Below, in pieces: positions 1-14,500 of a stretch of DNA of 64,000 nucleotides. The notes under the pieces are model-generated. The model was not told the DNA's origin. It saw nothing but the letters and a program-made list of their open reading frames with translations, and searched no databases. Made by a program: the position numbers and the translations under genes. Position 1 is the stretch's first letter. Each line of letters starts with the position of its first letter. This DNA is from Lingula anatina (taxonomy: Eukaryota > Animalia > Brachiopoda). Location: NCBI GenBank assembly GCA_051362555.1, contig CM120641.1, positions 15,004,001-15,068,000 on the forward strand, in the 5' to 3' direction.

Positions 1-888
1 CAGTCAAAAAGACAATATGAACAACTGATGCCACATGTCTGTTTTTCATGAATACATCTATCATCAAGGTTGATACTGATTCATGAACACTGCTGGAGGG
101 CCAAACTCATCCCTCAGGCATTATTACTTTTTCTTGATTTTTTAAATGCTTTTTAAGGTTATATATTGTGCTATAACATACAGAGTCTGTGACATACAGT
201 GCATTAGCAACATGCATATCAACATAAGTTTTTACCAAAATGACTACACGCACCATAGCACAGAAGTGAAGTATTAAGTTAAAATGAAAAATGTATGTAA
301 AGTTCAGCTTCACGGGGGGTCCATTATCAATAATTTAATGAATTAGTGGTTTTACGTCTGTACAGCTGTGTCTGAAGTTGAAAACAAACACATCTACTGC
401 TCCTACCGATTTCTGGTAACCAGAAAGAAAACTATTTTTGAGACTTCAAGAATTGTAAAAAATGACGCTGAACTATGATTTGCATTACCGAAATAAGACT
501 AAGGCTTCCAGCTCGTAGAGAGGATTAAAGAAAGCGGGTTCAGGTGTCTTAATTTCAATCTCAGATACATTGAGAGGTCTATCAGCAGTTGATTTTTTGG
601 ATGTCTGGAATCAAAAGCTTTCCGCCTATAAGAGCCTTTTAGATTTAATCTCAGCTTAATCTAAACCTTGCTGTTTGCAACCTTTTTTAATCATATTCCG
701 CACGATGTTTATTTAGGTTACGTGTATGTAACATTGCTATTGACTTGTCGCATTAAATTTCAAAGTTTTTTATATATATATAAACTAGATACTCGTAGTA
801 TTCAGTATGCTATCCACAGTACTTTGTAATGACAATGGGTTATCATCTCTGATAGTCTGTCAAATATTCCACTGTGTTGGATTACAGT

Positions 889-921
<33 letters not shown>
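889..921 (+). repeat. Poly-G homopolymer (33 G), G-quadruplex-capable
   Basis: Uninterrupted G run read directly. It explains the spurious poly-Gly/poly-Pro ORFs at 802-1114. Confidence 0.9.
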
Positions 922-922
<1 letters not shown>

Positions 923-3900
923 GGGCTTTCATGTGAAAGGGGATGGGTTTGTCTTATTCTAACAAACAATTTTGTGTTTCTAAATATTACTTTATATTTT
1001 AAACTTTTTAATTCTTCGCTAAAAATGACACTCAAACAGTGCGAAAATCTGGGAAACAGATTGTTTTTAACAGTCTGTTTTGCTGCTGTAAGTTGTGGAA
1101 AAGGGATCATTTAACACACTAGAGAAATACAAAAATAGTTCTTCGTCATAAATTTTGATGGGTGAAGAAAACGGGTTATTGTGCATCACTACCGTAGCAA
1201 TACAAAGTATTATCTCCCATAGATGTAAACTATACAAATCGTTTAATTCTGGAATTTTTAAAAATACCCGAGATCCATTCTGCTTTTCACAAAACAACAA
1301 GGTATGAGAAAATCCTGTCATCTGAGCGTGTAATCACAGATGTTATGACCCAACCCAGTTTCGATTCCTTCAGAAATGCACGACATCGATACCACAGCGT
1401 GTAGTTTCGTTTCCTCACTCAAATTTGGTCCTAGGACGTAGTGCTAGTATGGAAATTTCTGATGACGTAATGACCCAGTCACATTAGTATTAAATGACAA
1501 TAATCAAATCAGCTATGCCGGTTCCCGCTTTTCGTCGTGAATCGCACGCGAGACGATTTCGTGCCATCGCTGTTTTATCGCCAATTCAGGATCGCAGCGT
1601 GCTTTCCCAACTCTGTGAAGGTAATCGACTCTTAACTAATAATATTTATATGTGTTTAATGTTACATTTTCCAAAATTTACGAATTTAAAGCAAAATACG
1701 ATGCATATTCTAAGCTGAAAGCGGTCTCCCAAGATCTAGTCAATCAGTGCCATGTTGAAATTTTGATGCCCATGTCCCATTGTTGTTACCCAGTACCGTG
1801 TTCGTACACATACATGTATATATTAGCAAAATGAAAAGTTCGCAGCAATGTTTCTGCAAACTTAAAGTTTGAGGCAACGAGTATGCAGGAGTTTGCAAGA
1901 AAAAAATTATTGCTGCTAATTTGATCCAATTTTGCAAGAAGGAATTACAGTTTGCAGAAATTTGCCACAATTTTTCCACAAACTTTCGACAGGCCTGATA
2001 TTTTGCTAAGAGATATATAATGAACCAATAACCGAGCTTTCGGATACAACTGCAATTTATATAGTTAAAAGTTTAAGACAGTTCAGTAAAATGTCGAGTT
2101 TATTTTGGACAGAAATTGATGGAAATATACATGATGGTTTTGCCCCTGGTACACGTAGCTTAAATAAAAGACATGACGCAAAAGCTTTGGTAACTTCCCG
2201 GTGGCGCTCAGTAATAAAGTCATAATCCAAAAAGTAATTCAATAAAATTCTAATTAAAACTCCCAAATGGCATTGTTTTATAGTCTACATGAAAGTTTTG
2301 ACGCAACAGCGTACGGAAGTCCCTTCGGGGAATTCAGAATAAACACTCCAAATTCACAATTTGTGTATAATTTGATGAAATTTCACTTGAAGACAGGATA
2401 TTTCTGCCGAAAACTCATTTTTAACGAATTTTCTCGGGCTAAACGGTATTTAAATTGTCCTCAGTTAAGTTCAACATGAAGTACGTCATACTCTTAGAAT
2501 GTGTTCAAAATCTGGCTTTAATCACTTTTTAAATATTATTACATGGTGCTGCCTCTGGTTGCCTACTTTGAAGTATTGACTGAATAACTTTTGGAACGTC
2601 CCTCTGGCGCTCAATGCAAAATTCATACCCCAAACAATGTCGAATCATATCAAAATGTCACCTGTTATATGCCGAAAACATCGATTGATTTAGTTTCCTC
2701 GCGATCGCATAATGCATTCAATTCATAAAAGCCACAAATAATAGGATTTTTAAAAAACGCATGAGGGCATGGATTGCATCTTGTTGAACTTATCTGAGGA
2801 ACATTTTAATGTCCCCGGCTCGTTTTAAAAAAAGTAAAATGACAGATAAATGGGCTAAATCAATATCGCTAAAAAAAATCATATTCACCGTCCATTTTCT
2901 AATCCCGCCATCTTGACACAGTTTGAAATAACGCGGGTTCTAGAGTCAGCACCGAGATGTAATCAAACAGAATAATGATTGATACTCGAGCAGTGGAGAA
3001 CGTGAGCGTGAAGTGAAAGAGGAAATGTTTACGTATCCTTTGCGGGTAATCGAGTTATATTCACTATAAGTAGTTTACAAACGGGAAGGTTTGTTATCTT
3101 TCTTCGCGTCTTGAAGGACCATCTTGAGCCTTTTCTTCCATGATGTCTTTTCCCGCTAGCATGAACTGGTTTTAGGTCGCAGCACGAAAATCTCGCAATA
3201 TTTAGAAGTCAAGAGAGTTCAAGCATGAAAATGGCCTCCCTATCTCAAAAAACATCGCTTCAGCTTTGGTTTTGATTAATTACTTTTTCCAAAAATTGTT
3301 ACAGAGTTATGACAAGTGTTAGGAAAGGAAGCTTAAAGGTTAGATAATTCATTAAATATGAATCTTGGCGCCAAAATCCTGTTGTGTGTACCTTTAAAGT
3401 ACACGGTGCTCCTGCTCTTAGCGTTCACTGACATTCCGACCAGTTTTGCAGGCCCTGGCACGGTGATCTGCTGTATTGAAACCGGCGCACTGGGGATTGT
3501 GAATCTGAATGTTCTTCTTTGTTAACTCAGACACATGCTAACTAATATAATAAATGCGTTGTTGACCTGAATAACATGGACCTTAAATGCATACAATGCG
3601 CGTTTTTCCTTCATATAGCATAATTTTAATTTCTCTTATGATTTTAATACCTTTCCCTAAATAACCAAGATCAATACCAAATCCAAAAACGTTCACAGAA
3701 TTAAGACCTGCATTTTGTGTCCACAACGAAAGTATCGTAGGGATATTAGATAGTTCGAACTAACTCCGTAGGGACTCTCGTAGAATGCAATCAGATGAAC
3801 ACGCCTCTTCTTGTCCCCAACGTGCTCGTATAATTACACGTTTTACTTTACATGGGCGTGGCTTAAATTAATCAAAGCTACCCTGGTATGAGAGGGAAGG

Positions 3901-5675
3901 AAGATTCAGTATGTGCATGTCCCCCATAGAGCATAATAAGAAATAAAAATGATAAACTGTGATGCCAACGTGAAGCAGACATATTGGGAATAAGCTTACT
4001 AGTCGCCTAGTTTTGTTGTAAAATATCTGAGTGTGGTGCCTGAAAGCCACGCTCCAACTGCATGGCTGACGTGGCAGTGAGTATTAATAGCAGCAGATTT
4101 GTTTTTTCTCATAATTTAACGTAGTTGCCAAGCAGTAGCCTTTGGATTGTCAGGAAAACCCGTTACGCTAAAGGTGATGCAGATGACGTTGATGCAATGC
4201 AAAGGCCACACAGATAGACGCAGCCATTGATATTCGCACCATTTGAATGTGCTCTACATTCCAATTCATATGCCTCAAACTTTATGGTGACTATTAAGAC
4301 ACGACCAGACCGGCAAATTGACTGAGGATACTTTGATATAAAGATGTTATGTCCAGAGAAAAATATTAAGGGTAGGTTAAAATATTTATGGCCTCACTTC
4401 ATTAAAGTATTTCTTAACTTTATATTGTACCAAATGTGATAAAATTATTGCCGTAATTCAGTGCATTGGTAAATATTTTAAATTAAATGTAAATTTGCCA
4501 TTTATCGAATGCCAGGCAAGCAGATAATGTATTGTCAGAATCCTTTGACAATTTTATCCAAAAGTGTGTTATCGATGCCTCTTTAATCGAGCAGGTTATT
4601 TGGCAAATCACAGGTGACAACGCTGTGTTAACCACTATACAGGTAACATTTGCAATACGATATTAATTCACAGCAACAATTTCCAGCTTTTCCCAAAATC
4701 CACCGTTCAGTGTATTATATTAAACATACATGGATACATATTATGAGCCTCGATAACTCAAATAAAGAATTTATGACAGTGGAAATCATACGTGTCGAAC
4801 CAGCATATATCGGCGCGACTTCACATTTCTGTTGTAACGTTCCAACATGCAGGCAAATAATTGATACTGCGAATATTGTCTATATAAAAGTACATTACCG
4901 AGTAAAGAAAAACTTACACAGAGACAATTACCTGTAGATGATAAGGATAACGTACTAGTACATCCGCGCATGGGAACAAAATTTAGGTAGAGAGGGGGTA
5001 ACCACTAAAAAATGGCGACGAGGGGGGAGGGGAGGCCCCCTTAGCTGACCACTGATACCTGCGCTTAGGGTTTAAAAAGTGGGAGTGGCTTAGCCCTCCT
5101 GACCCTCCCCCAGCTCTTGCGTCTTACATTGTATCATCCCTTGGTGTCTGCCTGATATGTAATGCGTGCTACCGTGACTACGTAAGTAGAAGACATGTCT
5201 TAACCAGTCACTTATATAGACATAGAGGCAAAAGTTAAGCCTATCAATATTTTATGCTCATAATATGTGTTTGGGCTGTTATACCTGAAAACCATAAGGT
5301 GTAAGCCCGGTAAAAACGGTAAAAACGGTCAAATCATTATAAAATGCAATAGCAGGTCATTGACTTCAGAAAAATAGCTCATTAAGATGGTCCCAAAATT
5401 GTTTAATGACATAGAGTCAGTGTTAAGGGCACATTTTGCGCTTTATTGGACATTCTTGTACACAACCTTGACGCATAACTGTAATCCACTGTAATCCAGT
5501 GACTGAAACATGTAAATATTGAGTATTTATTGTTTACTATTTACTTCATGATGGGAAGATATTTGAAACAAGACGTACAAAACTATGCTGAATGTTCTTC
5601 TAAACATGTATTTTATGCAATGATGATTTCTACTTTAGCTTCCCATGCATAAGTGTATAGAACATCGTTAGTTAA

Positions 5676-6112
5676 GGCTCTGTCACGCCTAGCGTAAGGA
5701 CGTACGTTTCAGTACCGTATGTGACATGGATTATCACCCAAAACCCAATTAAGAGGTGCAAATGAGGTCATAGGCATGTATAAACATGGTAAAAATTAAA
5801 CGTATATATAAAATTGAATTAAATTGTTTTTATAACTGAATACAACTTCGAATCCAGTCAATTTTTTTAAAAATATATCAGCATGTAAAATGCACCTCTA
5901 TCTTGGGTTTGGGTGTCCAACTTTTAGCGTGTGAAATCAAAATGAAGATACACGCAGGGAATGAAATTGTCTTTGAACATGCTCAAAACATTTTCCGGGT
6001 ATGCGAACGTACACCAACGTTTGCCTGCGTGTACGACGAACCCTTTGCGTTTGACTGCGCATGGGTAATTCTTCTCACACGTTTGTGCTTTACGCTAGGT
6101 GCGATAGTACCC
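5676..6112. mobile_element. Degenerate MITE, PIF/Harbinger-like
   Basis: Imperfect ~22-bp TIRs GGCTCTGTCACGCCTAGCGTAA / TTACGCTAGGTGCGATAGTACC(C), flanked by TAA on both sides; no coding capacity. Confidence 0.5.
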
Positions 6113-8705
6113 TAACAAGTATCTATCTAACTATCTATCTATCGACATTGAAGTATGACTGGGATAAGCATGTGGTCATATTTTCATCTTTCATTAGTCT
6201 TTAGCAATTTTGTTAAGTACCACTGAGCGGAAAGCATTGCCGTTTTTGGTCGCACTCATTTTTGTTTGGAAGTAGTAAATTGATGCCAGCGTCGTTAAAA
6301 CTGAGTTATCATTTATGAATGTTTTATTGGTTATCCATGATTTTGCCCTATTGGTTATATGATATAATATATAATATCATATAATATCATATGATATTAT
6401 ATATAATAGTGCCTTAATAATTTATGCAAAAAACAGACAAATAAACGTTAATAAGTGTAGATTAAATGCATAAAAGCCTGCATCCAGCTGGAGTTCGCTG
6501 TTGAGAGTTGATAAACGTGCATCGATCCCTTCATTTCTTCATATTGAAATTTAGAAAATTAATCAACAGATTGAGATGAATTTTATGTAAAGGTGAAATA
6601 TTATACAGAATTATCTGGCTCGTTTCTCATCCCCTACTCCCGTTTAAAAAAAGGGTGAGGTTAACTAACATCAAAAGAATATCTCTGGGATAAAAACCTT
6701 GCTGAGAATAAAAACGATATAAATGCCTATGGTGAAATTATACTGCACATTCAGGTTGAGGCCTGCAGGCTTGGAAATCTTCCAAGATTAAACGCACGAT
6801 GAAACTGGCTTCATTGTAAATGGAGAGCCTGCATGACTGTGCGAGTGGAATTGATGTTATAGCAAGGACGTGACTGCAAGTATTGCTACATGTTACATGT
6901 ACCTGGCAGTGTTAACGTTATTACACCAGAAAGAGAAAAAGAGGTGGTTGTTACCATAAGAAACAAGTAACAAGGCCACTCTTGACCATGCTGCCATGTT
7001 TTGGTGAGCTACTCGTAAATTCAATGTTTCGAATAGTCCGAGTCATCAAAGTAGGCCAAATGTTTACATTTGCCTTACTTTTGATGTGCAAAGAAGGTAT
7101 ATCAATCACCTATACAAATTACTTGAAATTACTAGGGTTCCTTGTAGACAGCTTGAAATTACGGAATCCAAATCACGCAAGTGCGATCATCAATTGGAAC
7201 GGACCCTAGCGTGGAACTAGATTTTCTATGGCTTTCTGCGTGAAGCGTCAAGCAGTATGTAGTGATTTCTTTTTTGTTTTCTTTTCTTGGTGTTTTGGTC
7301 TGTTTTGTTTCTATCCAGCAAGTCCGATTTGTTATTTTATGCCCTTTTTCTTCTTTTACAGTTGCCATTAAAAGAAAATAGTTACATTAAAAGAAAATAG
7401 CTAAAAATGTACCCAAGATTTGTTTGGGTGAGTTGACCAATTGACTTCATCTTTCACTCCTCTATACAGCAAAAAAATAATAAAAAAATAATGATAATAA
7501 ATAAAATAAAATAAACAAATAAATAAATAAAAAATTGAATAAAATATTTTTTATAAAATCCTGCATATCTCAGCCGTGTCAAAAACAGTTGGCAAATTTA
7601 ATGTCTACAGTATATACATGTATATACCTGTTTCTTAGTTCTAAGCTTCTAAAGTTTTGAGTCACATGAAAATGGGCCGATAGATGGTAAAATACCTCAA
7701 CAGTTTTGGATAATCTGACCACGCCTTGGTGGTTTAGGGCAAATGGTTAAATTTTCCATGATATTTATTGCTTTATAAATGGCTGTGGCACATTGTGTGC
7801 TTTAGGCTCGGTCAAATTTTAAACCAAATAATCCCTGTGATAATACTTTGGCATTTGTATTTATTGACCATTTGCGTGTTTTGGTACAAAACATTAGCAC
7901 AAAGCACTTCAGCAACTGTAAGTAAGAGGTAATTAATAAAGCAACAGTATATCGATGCTGGGGAATGGCGCACTCAAAAACAGCTCAATCCAGTTGATGT
8001 CATGTGGATTTCACTTAAACTGTCATCTGCTATGTCAAATATGCTCTTATTTCCAGATTGCAAGTACAGTCTATTAACAAGTACATGCATATTGCCGTGA
8101 GAGTGATTTATATAATAATGTTTTTTTGATTCGGCAAATCCTATGTCATCGTATCAAACCATTTTCATCTCCTGTCTGCTTCCTGTTAACACATCCCACT
8201 ACTGAAAGAGGGACATTTGACATTTGATTTTAAAAATAGCTAGTGTATTCTACATGTACCAGGCACAATGTATAACGCAGCTTGTCTTTCTTAGGCCGTA
8301 TTTACAACAGATTATCTTCGGACGAACTAGTACGCGGGTTATCATATCCGACACCACTGGAAAGCAATGTCAAATAATCTCTCCGCCTACCACAACCGCC
8401 ATCCCTGCAGGAGCCTAGCAAAAAATGCTAAATTAAAATGGATCTAAGATTAAATTGCTAGACCTCCACAGGGAGTTAATCAGGGGATAAGGCGGCTTGC
8501 TTTTAAGTGGGTCGGCCATATTTGATCCCCGGATCGACTTGTTCTGAAGCGACTAATGCCATGTTTCTTAGGATGAAACTATGTACATTGCCCTGTATAT
8601 TTCTTTTTCGCTTCACACTTCGCACTTCGCACATACAAAAACACACGTAAGTCGGATGAGAAATTAAATGTCGGTACTTAATAAGTGTTGGAACACGTAC
8701 ATATA

Positions 8706-10015
8706 CACTGATGCTCATAAGTTAAGCAACACTTTCTTATTTCTCGAATTTCTCAGCAACCAAAATTTTTATTGAGGCAAAATTTGTACAATAGCTAGAT
8801 ATTTCTCTTATTTTTACTTTGACTTACTAATCCGTGACATTAGAGTACTATTTACTGTTGGACACGATAGAATATGCAATGGGGGTCCCACTTGCGAAAA
8901 ACACAGTTTGGCCATGCCATGAGGAGCTTCCAGTTTGGCTAGTTTCATGGGTACAATTTGTTATTTTGGACCAACCAATGGTTAGAAGAGGACTCAACGA
9001 GGTAATCAGATGGCAAATAATGGGAAGCCATCGTGCTGGGGTGCCAAAGAGGCAGATTGCAAGGCAACAAAAAAGTAGCACCAAGTCAAGTGTCCAAGCT
9101 GGTAGCAAAATGGTGCCAAACTCATCATGTATTAGACAAGCCTCTTTCTGGTAGAATAATATTAACCGACGCAAGAGATGAAGATATCTGGTTCGATTAT
9201 GCAACCAGGACCAGTTCATATCAGCCAAACAATGAAAAATTGCCACCGTACGTCATTCAAGAGAGGTGCCCTGGTCAACAATACAGAGACGAAATACCAT
9301 TGGGGTGCATTAAATCACACATTCAAGCAAATCCAGAAAGAAAAATCATTTTGGTGCAGGACAATGCGCCCATCCAGAAAGCATGGTCCGTGCAAGACGC
9401 GCTGCAACAGCGTGGTATCCCACATTTGGATTGGCCTGCATATTTACCAATTCTCAATGTAATAGAACATGCTTAGGATATGATTGACAGGGCAGTAAAT
9501 GAGAGACAACCTCCAGTTAGAAACATTAGAGAGGTCCAGCAGGCAGTAAATGAAGAATGGAACCGGCTCTCAAAGCAAGATTGGCAGAATTTGGTGGCAA
9601 GTTGCAGGAGACAATGTGAAGCTGTTGTTCAAAACCAGGGAAGGCACACCCGATATTTATTGCATAATAGACGATTAATCATCTGTTATCTACAGTCTTC
9701 TTTTATTAAAACTAATTCTTAGGTGATCGAACTTTATTTTTTCATAATAAGCTGTTTTAATCAGCACGTACTTTTTTGAGCATACTTTTTTGACACATAG
9801 TTTGGCATATTTTAGTAACGTTTGGTTAATAAAGTTATTTTGATTATTACAATAAGCTATGTTGTGTATATATTTAACAGAAATATTCAACTTGAATAAG
9901 TTATTTATAAAATATGAAAGAAATATGCATAACCCCACCAACAAATGAAATAATGATCATGATAGAAGAAACTTTTGAAAAAATCGGGGTGTTGCTTAAC
10001 TTATGAGCATCAGTG
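8706..10015 (+). mobile_element. Tc1/mariner (DD34E) DNA transposon, internally deleted, non-autonomous
   Basis: Perfect 27-bp TIRs CACTGATGCTCATAAGTTAAGCAACAC (8706-8732) and reverse complement (9989-10015); TA TSDs at 8704-8705 and 10016-10017; transposase remnants inside. Confidence 0.95.
8978..9722 (+). pseudogene. Tc1-family transposase pseudogene
   Basis: HTH-like start MVRRGLNEVIRWQIMGSHRAGVPKRQIARQ. QDNAP...WPAYLPILNVIE gives 34 residues between D and E. TAG at 9474-9476 replaces the conserved Trp; C-terminal QGRHTRY. Frameshifted, and no first catalytic Asp (FSDE) motif is visible. Confidence 0.9.
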
Positions 10016-11049
10016 TATGTTCTTCATCGATCACTATTTTGAATTTTTTGAATTTGCATTTAACCATGTTATCGATTTTTTTTACTTGTTTTAGGAATTT
10101 TGCAAATGGAACTATTTTTCTGAAATACTGAAGCATGAATACATATTGTTTAGGGTAACCGTGCACGCGAACATAACCGCAATTTCTTCACTTTATTAGG
10201 TCATCGCTGTCACTGAGCATATAGAATTACCTGCAGGATGAAATGATGAGAGATCGATGTCCTGGGATTAATTCGTATGGTCAGCGTGTACTTTTAGGTA
10301 AAAATATCATTTGGAAAAGTTAACGCAGGCAATTTCCTTGGTACTGTAGCTCGATCAATAATGATATATCGCCTTAGTTGCCACTCATCACTGAATATTT
10401 CGCCTTATGAATTTTGCAAGAAAAGCCATGATAGCTTATTTACCTCCCAAGATTTACAATTCAATCTTAAAAATCTTTCAACGAGTAAATTAAAGATGAA
10501 CATGTGTCTCACCCAGGCAAACCGCTAGTTCAATTTAGGTCCCTTTCGGTCTTCCATGACATGTATACAGCTGATAGCTACAGTTAGTAGTTTAGGCGCA
10601 TGTAGGAATCTGGAAGTGTCTCCCCAAAAACAAAATGGCTGTTTCTGTTGCTCTATCATTTAAAAAAGAGAGAAAGAGCTGAACCTCTCCAAAAAAATTT
10701 TTTTTCGTTTCAGCAAGTGTAATATTTGGTATCTACGGAAATAATATGCAATGGTCTTAGTTTGCAAAATGCCAGAAAAAGAAGACAAAGAGCATGATGA
10801 GTAAGATTCAATATAGACATGCTTGGCTGCAACGCAGGTAAAATGCCTTGAGTAAAAATTAGACTCTGTTGGACACGACAGCTGAGATTTATTATTTCGG
10901 TCTTTTGAGACGCAATAACATACATTTAGTATGCAGTTAAGTCGATCAACTGGCTTAATGGGTGTTTTTGCAAAAAATAAGATGTAATCCATACAAAGAG
11001 GCTAATGCGATTAATCAAGCAATAAATGACCCAATCAAGCAGTCCAATG

Positions 11050-11143
11050 CTTGAAATAAATGATGGTAAAATTCAGTTAAGGACTGAAATAAAGGATGAA
11101 ACTAATTACTTGAAATAAAGGATGGTAAAATTCAGTTAAGGAC
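11050..11143. repeat. Short direct duplication (~35-bp unit x2)
   Basis: CTTGAAATAAA(T/G)GATGGTAAAATTCAGTTAAGGAC at ~11050 and ~11109. Confidence 0.8.
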
Positions 11144-11325
11144 CTCGTGAGGTCAATTGTGAAAAAGTAATCCAACAAATCAAGAAGTATTCTTTCGCTT
11201 TCATTCTACATGGAGAGAAATAAAACATAGAAATGATCTAACTGGCGGTTTTTTCTTGTATTTAGGCCTCACACCCTCTTTTCACCCTTTATGATAAGGA
11301 ATAGGGATGGATCGGTCAATTTGTC

Positions 11326-11497
11326 CCGGTGTGACAGGAATGGAAGTCCTAGGAATGGAAATCTGGGTTCCCCTATGATAAGTACAGGTTAGGGTTAGGT
11401 GGAGTTTTGGAGTTAGTTTATTGGACCAATGTCACCTGTACAAAGTAATGGGAAGCGGACTACGGTTCCTAGCGGGATACCATTCCTGTTACACCGG
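11326..11497. mobile_element. 172-bp MITE carrying internal telomere-type repeats
   Basis: 18-bp TIRs with 1 mismatch, CCGGTGTGACAGGAATGG / CCATTCCTGTTACACCGG; internal GGTTAGGGTTAGG. No clear TSD. Confidence 0.65.
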
Positions 11498-11541
11498 AAA
11501 AGGGGATAAGCCCCTGCTTCCTTCTGTCAAGTAAACAAATG

Positions 11542-11544
<3 letters not shown>

Positions 11545-11584
<40 letters not shown>
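11545..11584. repeat. (TA)20 microsatellite
   Basis: Read directly. Confidence 0.95.
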
Positions 11585-11585
<1 letters not shown>

Positions 11586-14500
11586 CTCATTCAGTAAATT
11601 TACACCACTTTGACACAGTGATTGATAAAAGACATCTAAAGACTCATTATTTGTACAACAAATTGATTGTTGGTTTAAAAAAACTAGACATTTTTGCTAA
11701 TATTGTTCTTCTTTTTATCATCAAAACCGTTATTACAAGTAGGAGTGGTAGTATTTCTAGTAGTTGTGGTTAAGGTTGCAGCTCTAAAAGCAATAATGCC
11801 AATAATAGAAGTACCGGTAGTAGTCATTTGAGGAAAATAGGATTTGGTCATTGTGGATAATTTTATCGTCGGTGTTTTTTTAGCTGTCATGTACAACCGT
11901 ATGCATTTACCTGTACCTTAAGGGTTTGAAGATGCATCAAGGTAGTCAACTATACCGTAAACGGCAGAGGACTGATTTCAAGTTGATGGTTACGTGAGCT
12001 ATCAGATAACAGGTGTCTGTCTGTACTTGTACATGTAGTGCCTTTGTTACAAACGGTAGCAGTCAGTAAGTGACAACATCCACTCAATCAGTCTGATGAA
12101 GGCCTCCGACCAGGCTGGCTGCAAGCTAACAATAGTTGGAATTCTAGCTAGCTTAAGAGATTATTACAATATAAAGGATTTATTTTGAATGACAGAACGG
12201 ATTCATCAACCATAGGTAAGTATGGGGAAATTTACCCCAGAAAAATCCATTTTGGCCCAAAACTGTTGTTATCGCTTAAAGTAACTCAGTCGTGTAGTAT
12301 TTTTCTAGCTGAGTTTGAAAAATAATACTGGATGGTGTTGTACATTGCACTGTTTATTCCTTAACAGGATATAAAAAAGAGCTAATCAAAGTCCATTGAT
12401 TAATGCAGAAACTTGTAGGTACAATGTGGTAATGATTGCCTGAAAAAAACATCGGAAGACACGCTATTACAAGCCGCATATCACATGCACGTTCCTTATA
12501 TGGTTTCGTGAGTCACACTTTATGCTTTCCCTAACAATTTGTGATTGGAAACAAACAGCTGATGTCTTCTGATTTCGTGAGAAAAGTCACGTCTGGGACA
12601 TACGGTTTTCTAGGTGCCACGCAACACTATGTTATGGCAAATTCGTTATGGGTTGTTTGTCTTTGATATGTGATTGTTTTAATTGCTTCAATTTTTGAAG
12701 CAACGCTGTAAAACCGTAATGAGTCCGAGTCTAAACATCAAGTGGAACGTATTGTGCAAAGTTTACATGTTATTATGTTATTAAAATTTTATAAAACGCA
12801 TGTTTTCGTTCATTTTTAATTATATCTTTTTGTGTGATGATAACTCTCCCAGCATGCACCATTAAAATGACAAAAATGTGTAATAAAAACCAGCTGTAGC
12901 TTTATCATTAATGCAATATGATGAAATGTTTCATAATCTCTTGGATAATACATTGAAATAGGTCGACCTTCAGCTAGGGCCATGTTCTGCATTTGTAATC
13001 TATTTAATCATCCATCTTCGCACAATGACTGATCTTACCTTCGAAAGACATGTTACACCCTTATTTATATCCCTGGTCATGTGCACTTGCTAGGAACCTT
13101 ATACTAGTACTTCTAACATCTTATAGCTTCCTACCCACCAAAAACCCGTACCTTAACTGTATAGAAGCACCTGACGTACATGTATATTCTTTAGTTTGGT
13201 GAAGCAAATGAATGTATGTAGGACAACACCAAATGCGCACAGCGTGTATTCATTTGACAATAACATCTTATGACAAGCTCTTGTCATACAATGCAAGCAA
13301 ATGAATAAGTCTTAGAGGTTTAGAGGCTACTTTTATTTCAGTATACGTGCAAATACAGGTATCAGACTTCTTCAGTGTCTAGTATCTGGGTCTGTATTTC
13401 AACACATCATTTACAGTTGTTGTTTGAAGTAGAACACTTATTTTTCTTTTGGTTTGTCTAGTTTCTTTTGATTCGGATGGTTAACGTTCTCTTCCTGTAA
13501 ACATGAAAATGCGTTAATCTTTTTATGTTTGAAATAAAATTGTCTTTTCAATTTTCGCCTACGGCTTTTGTATAATGTAACAGTGACAACAGGGCATCTG
13601 ACAGCTTAGTTAATAATAAAATGCAGAATTATCCTTACGTGGTTTCTAACACTGAGATTATCGGATGACCTTTGTTGGAATACAATGGACTTGGTGGATG
13701 GATAATTACACCTTTGCCAAAACACGAACGGCATATTTTCATCAATATTTACATCATCATTTGTGTTATTGTGAAGCAGTTGCCTTCAAATTACGTTGAG
13801 TACAGTGTACATATCATCGCATACATGTATATGTATCTGTATGTACCCAGCATATGGTCTTTATCTACTGACTGCGTATATAAGTACCTTTTTAAAAACA
13901 TATGATAAAAAAAAACGATACAACGGAACAATAATCTAATTTGATCCAAATGCACGTGACACACAAAGATAGCTACTGATACCAATCAGTTCCCAAAATT
14001 GAATCTGTGAAATAAGATGGCAGCCAGTATGAACTTGATTTGGCATATCTAGCCACACCAAATATCCACACTAAAAGCTTTCTCATTACTTTGTCCAAAC
14101 AAAATTAGCATTTAACGACGTGGGCAGCTTCGTAATTGCAGTCTGCAAACCCCAACACCACTGATAATCAACTGCGATCCCTATTATAACAATGTATCTA
14201 TAAAGGATGTATTTCAGTGAAATTGCCTGCTGATCAATTTATACAAGAAAGGTGCCCAAAGTTCAAGTGTTATCTAAACACCTGTGCGTAACAAGTCATG
14301 CATCCGAGGATTAAATGCCAAGGAAACGAGTTGCCACATACACTCAATGCCTTTAGATTGCTAACGTATTGGCAGCCTAACGGAACAAGACAAAAAGCAA
14401 AGGCTATGGATAGGGATTAAAAATATGGAGAAAAACTTCCAAAATTTACGTTATTATAAAACCTTTAATCTTGTCAAAAACGCAAAAAACGCTATTTTAG

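Noticed and set aside
802-1114. ORFs with poly-Pro / poly-Gly
   Set aside because: Translation artefacts of the G33 homopolymer; no other coding signal.
12205-12222. Strong donor-like CATAG|GTAAGT as an upstream globin exon
   Set aside because: Lies in a repeat fragment homologous to the MITE at 25495-25832, which has the same motif.
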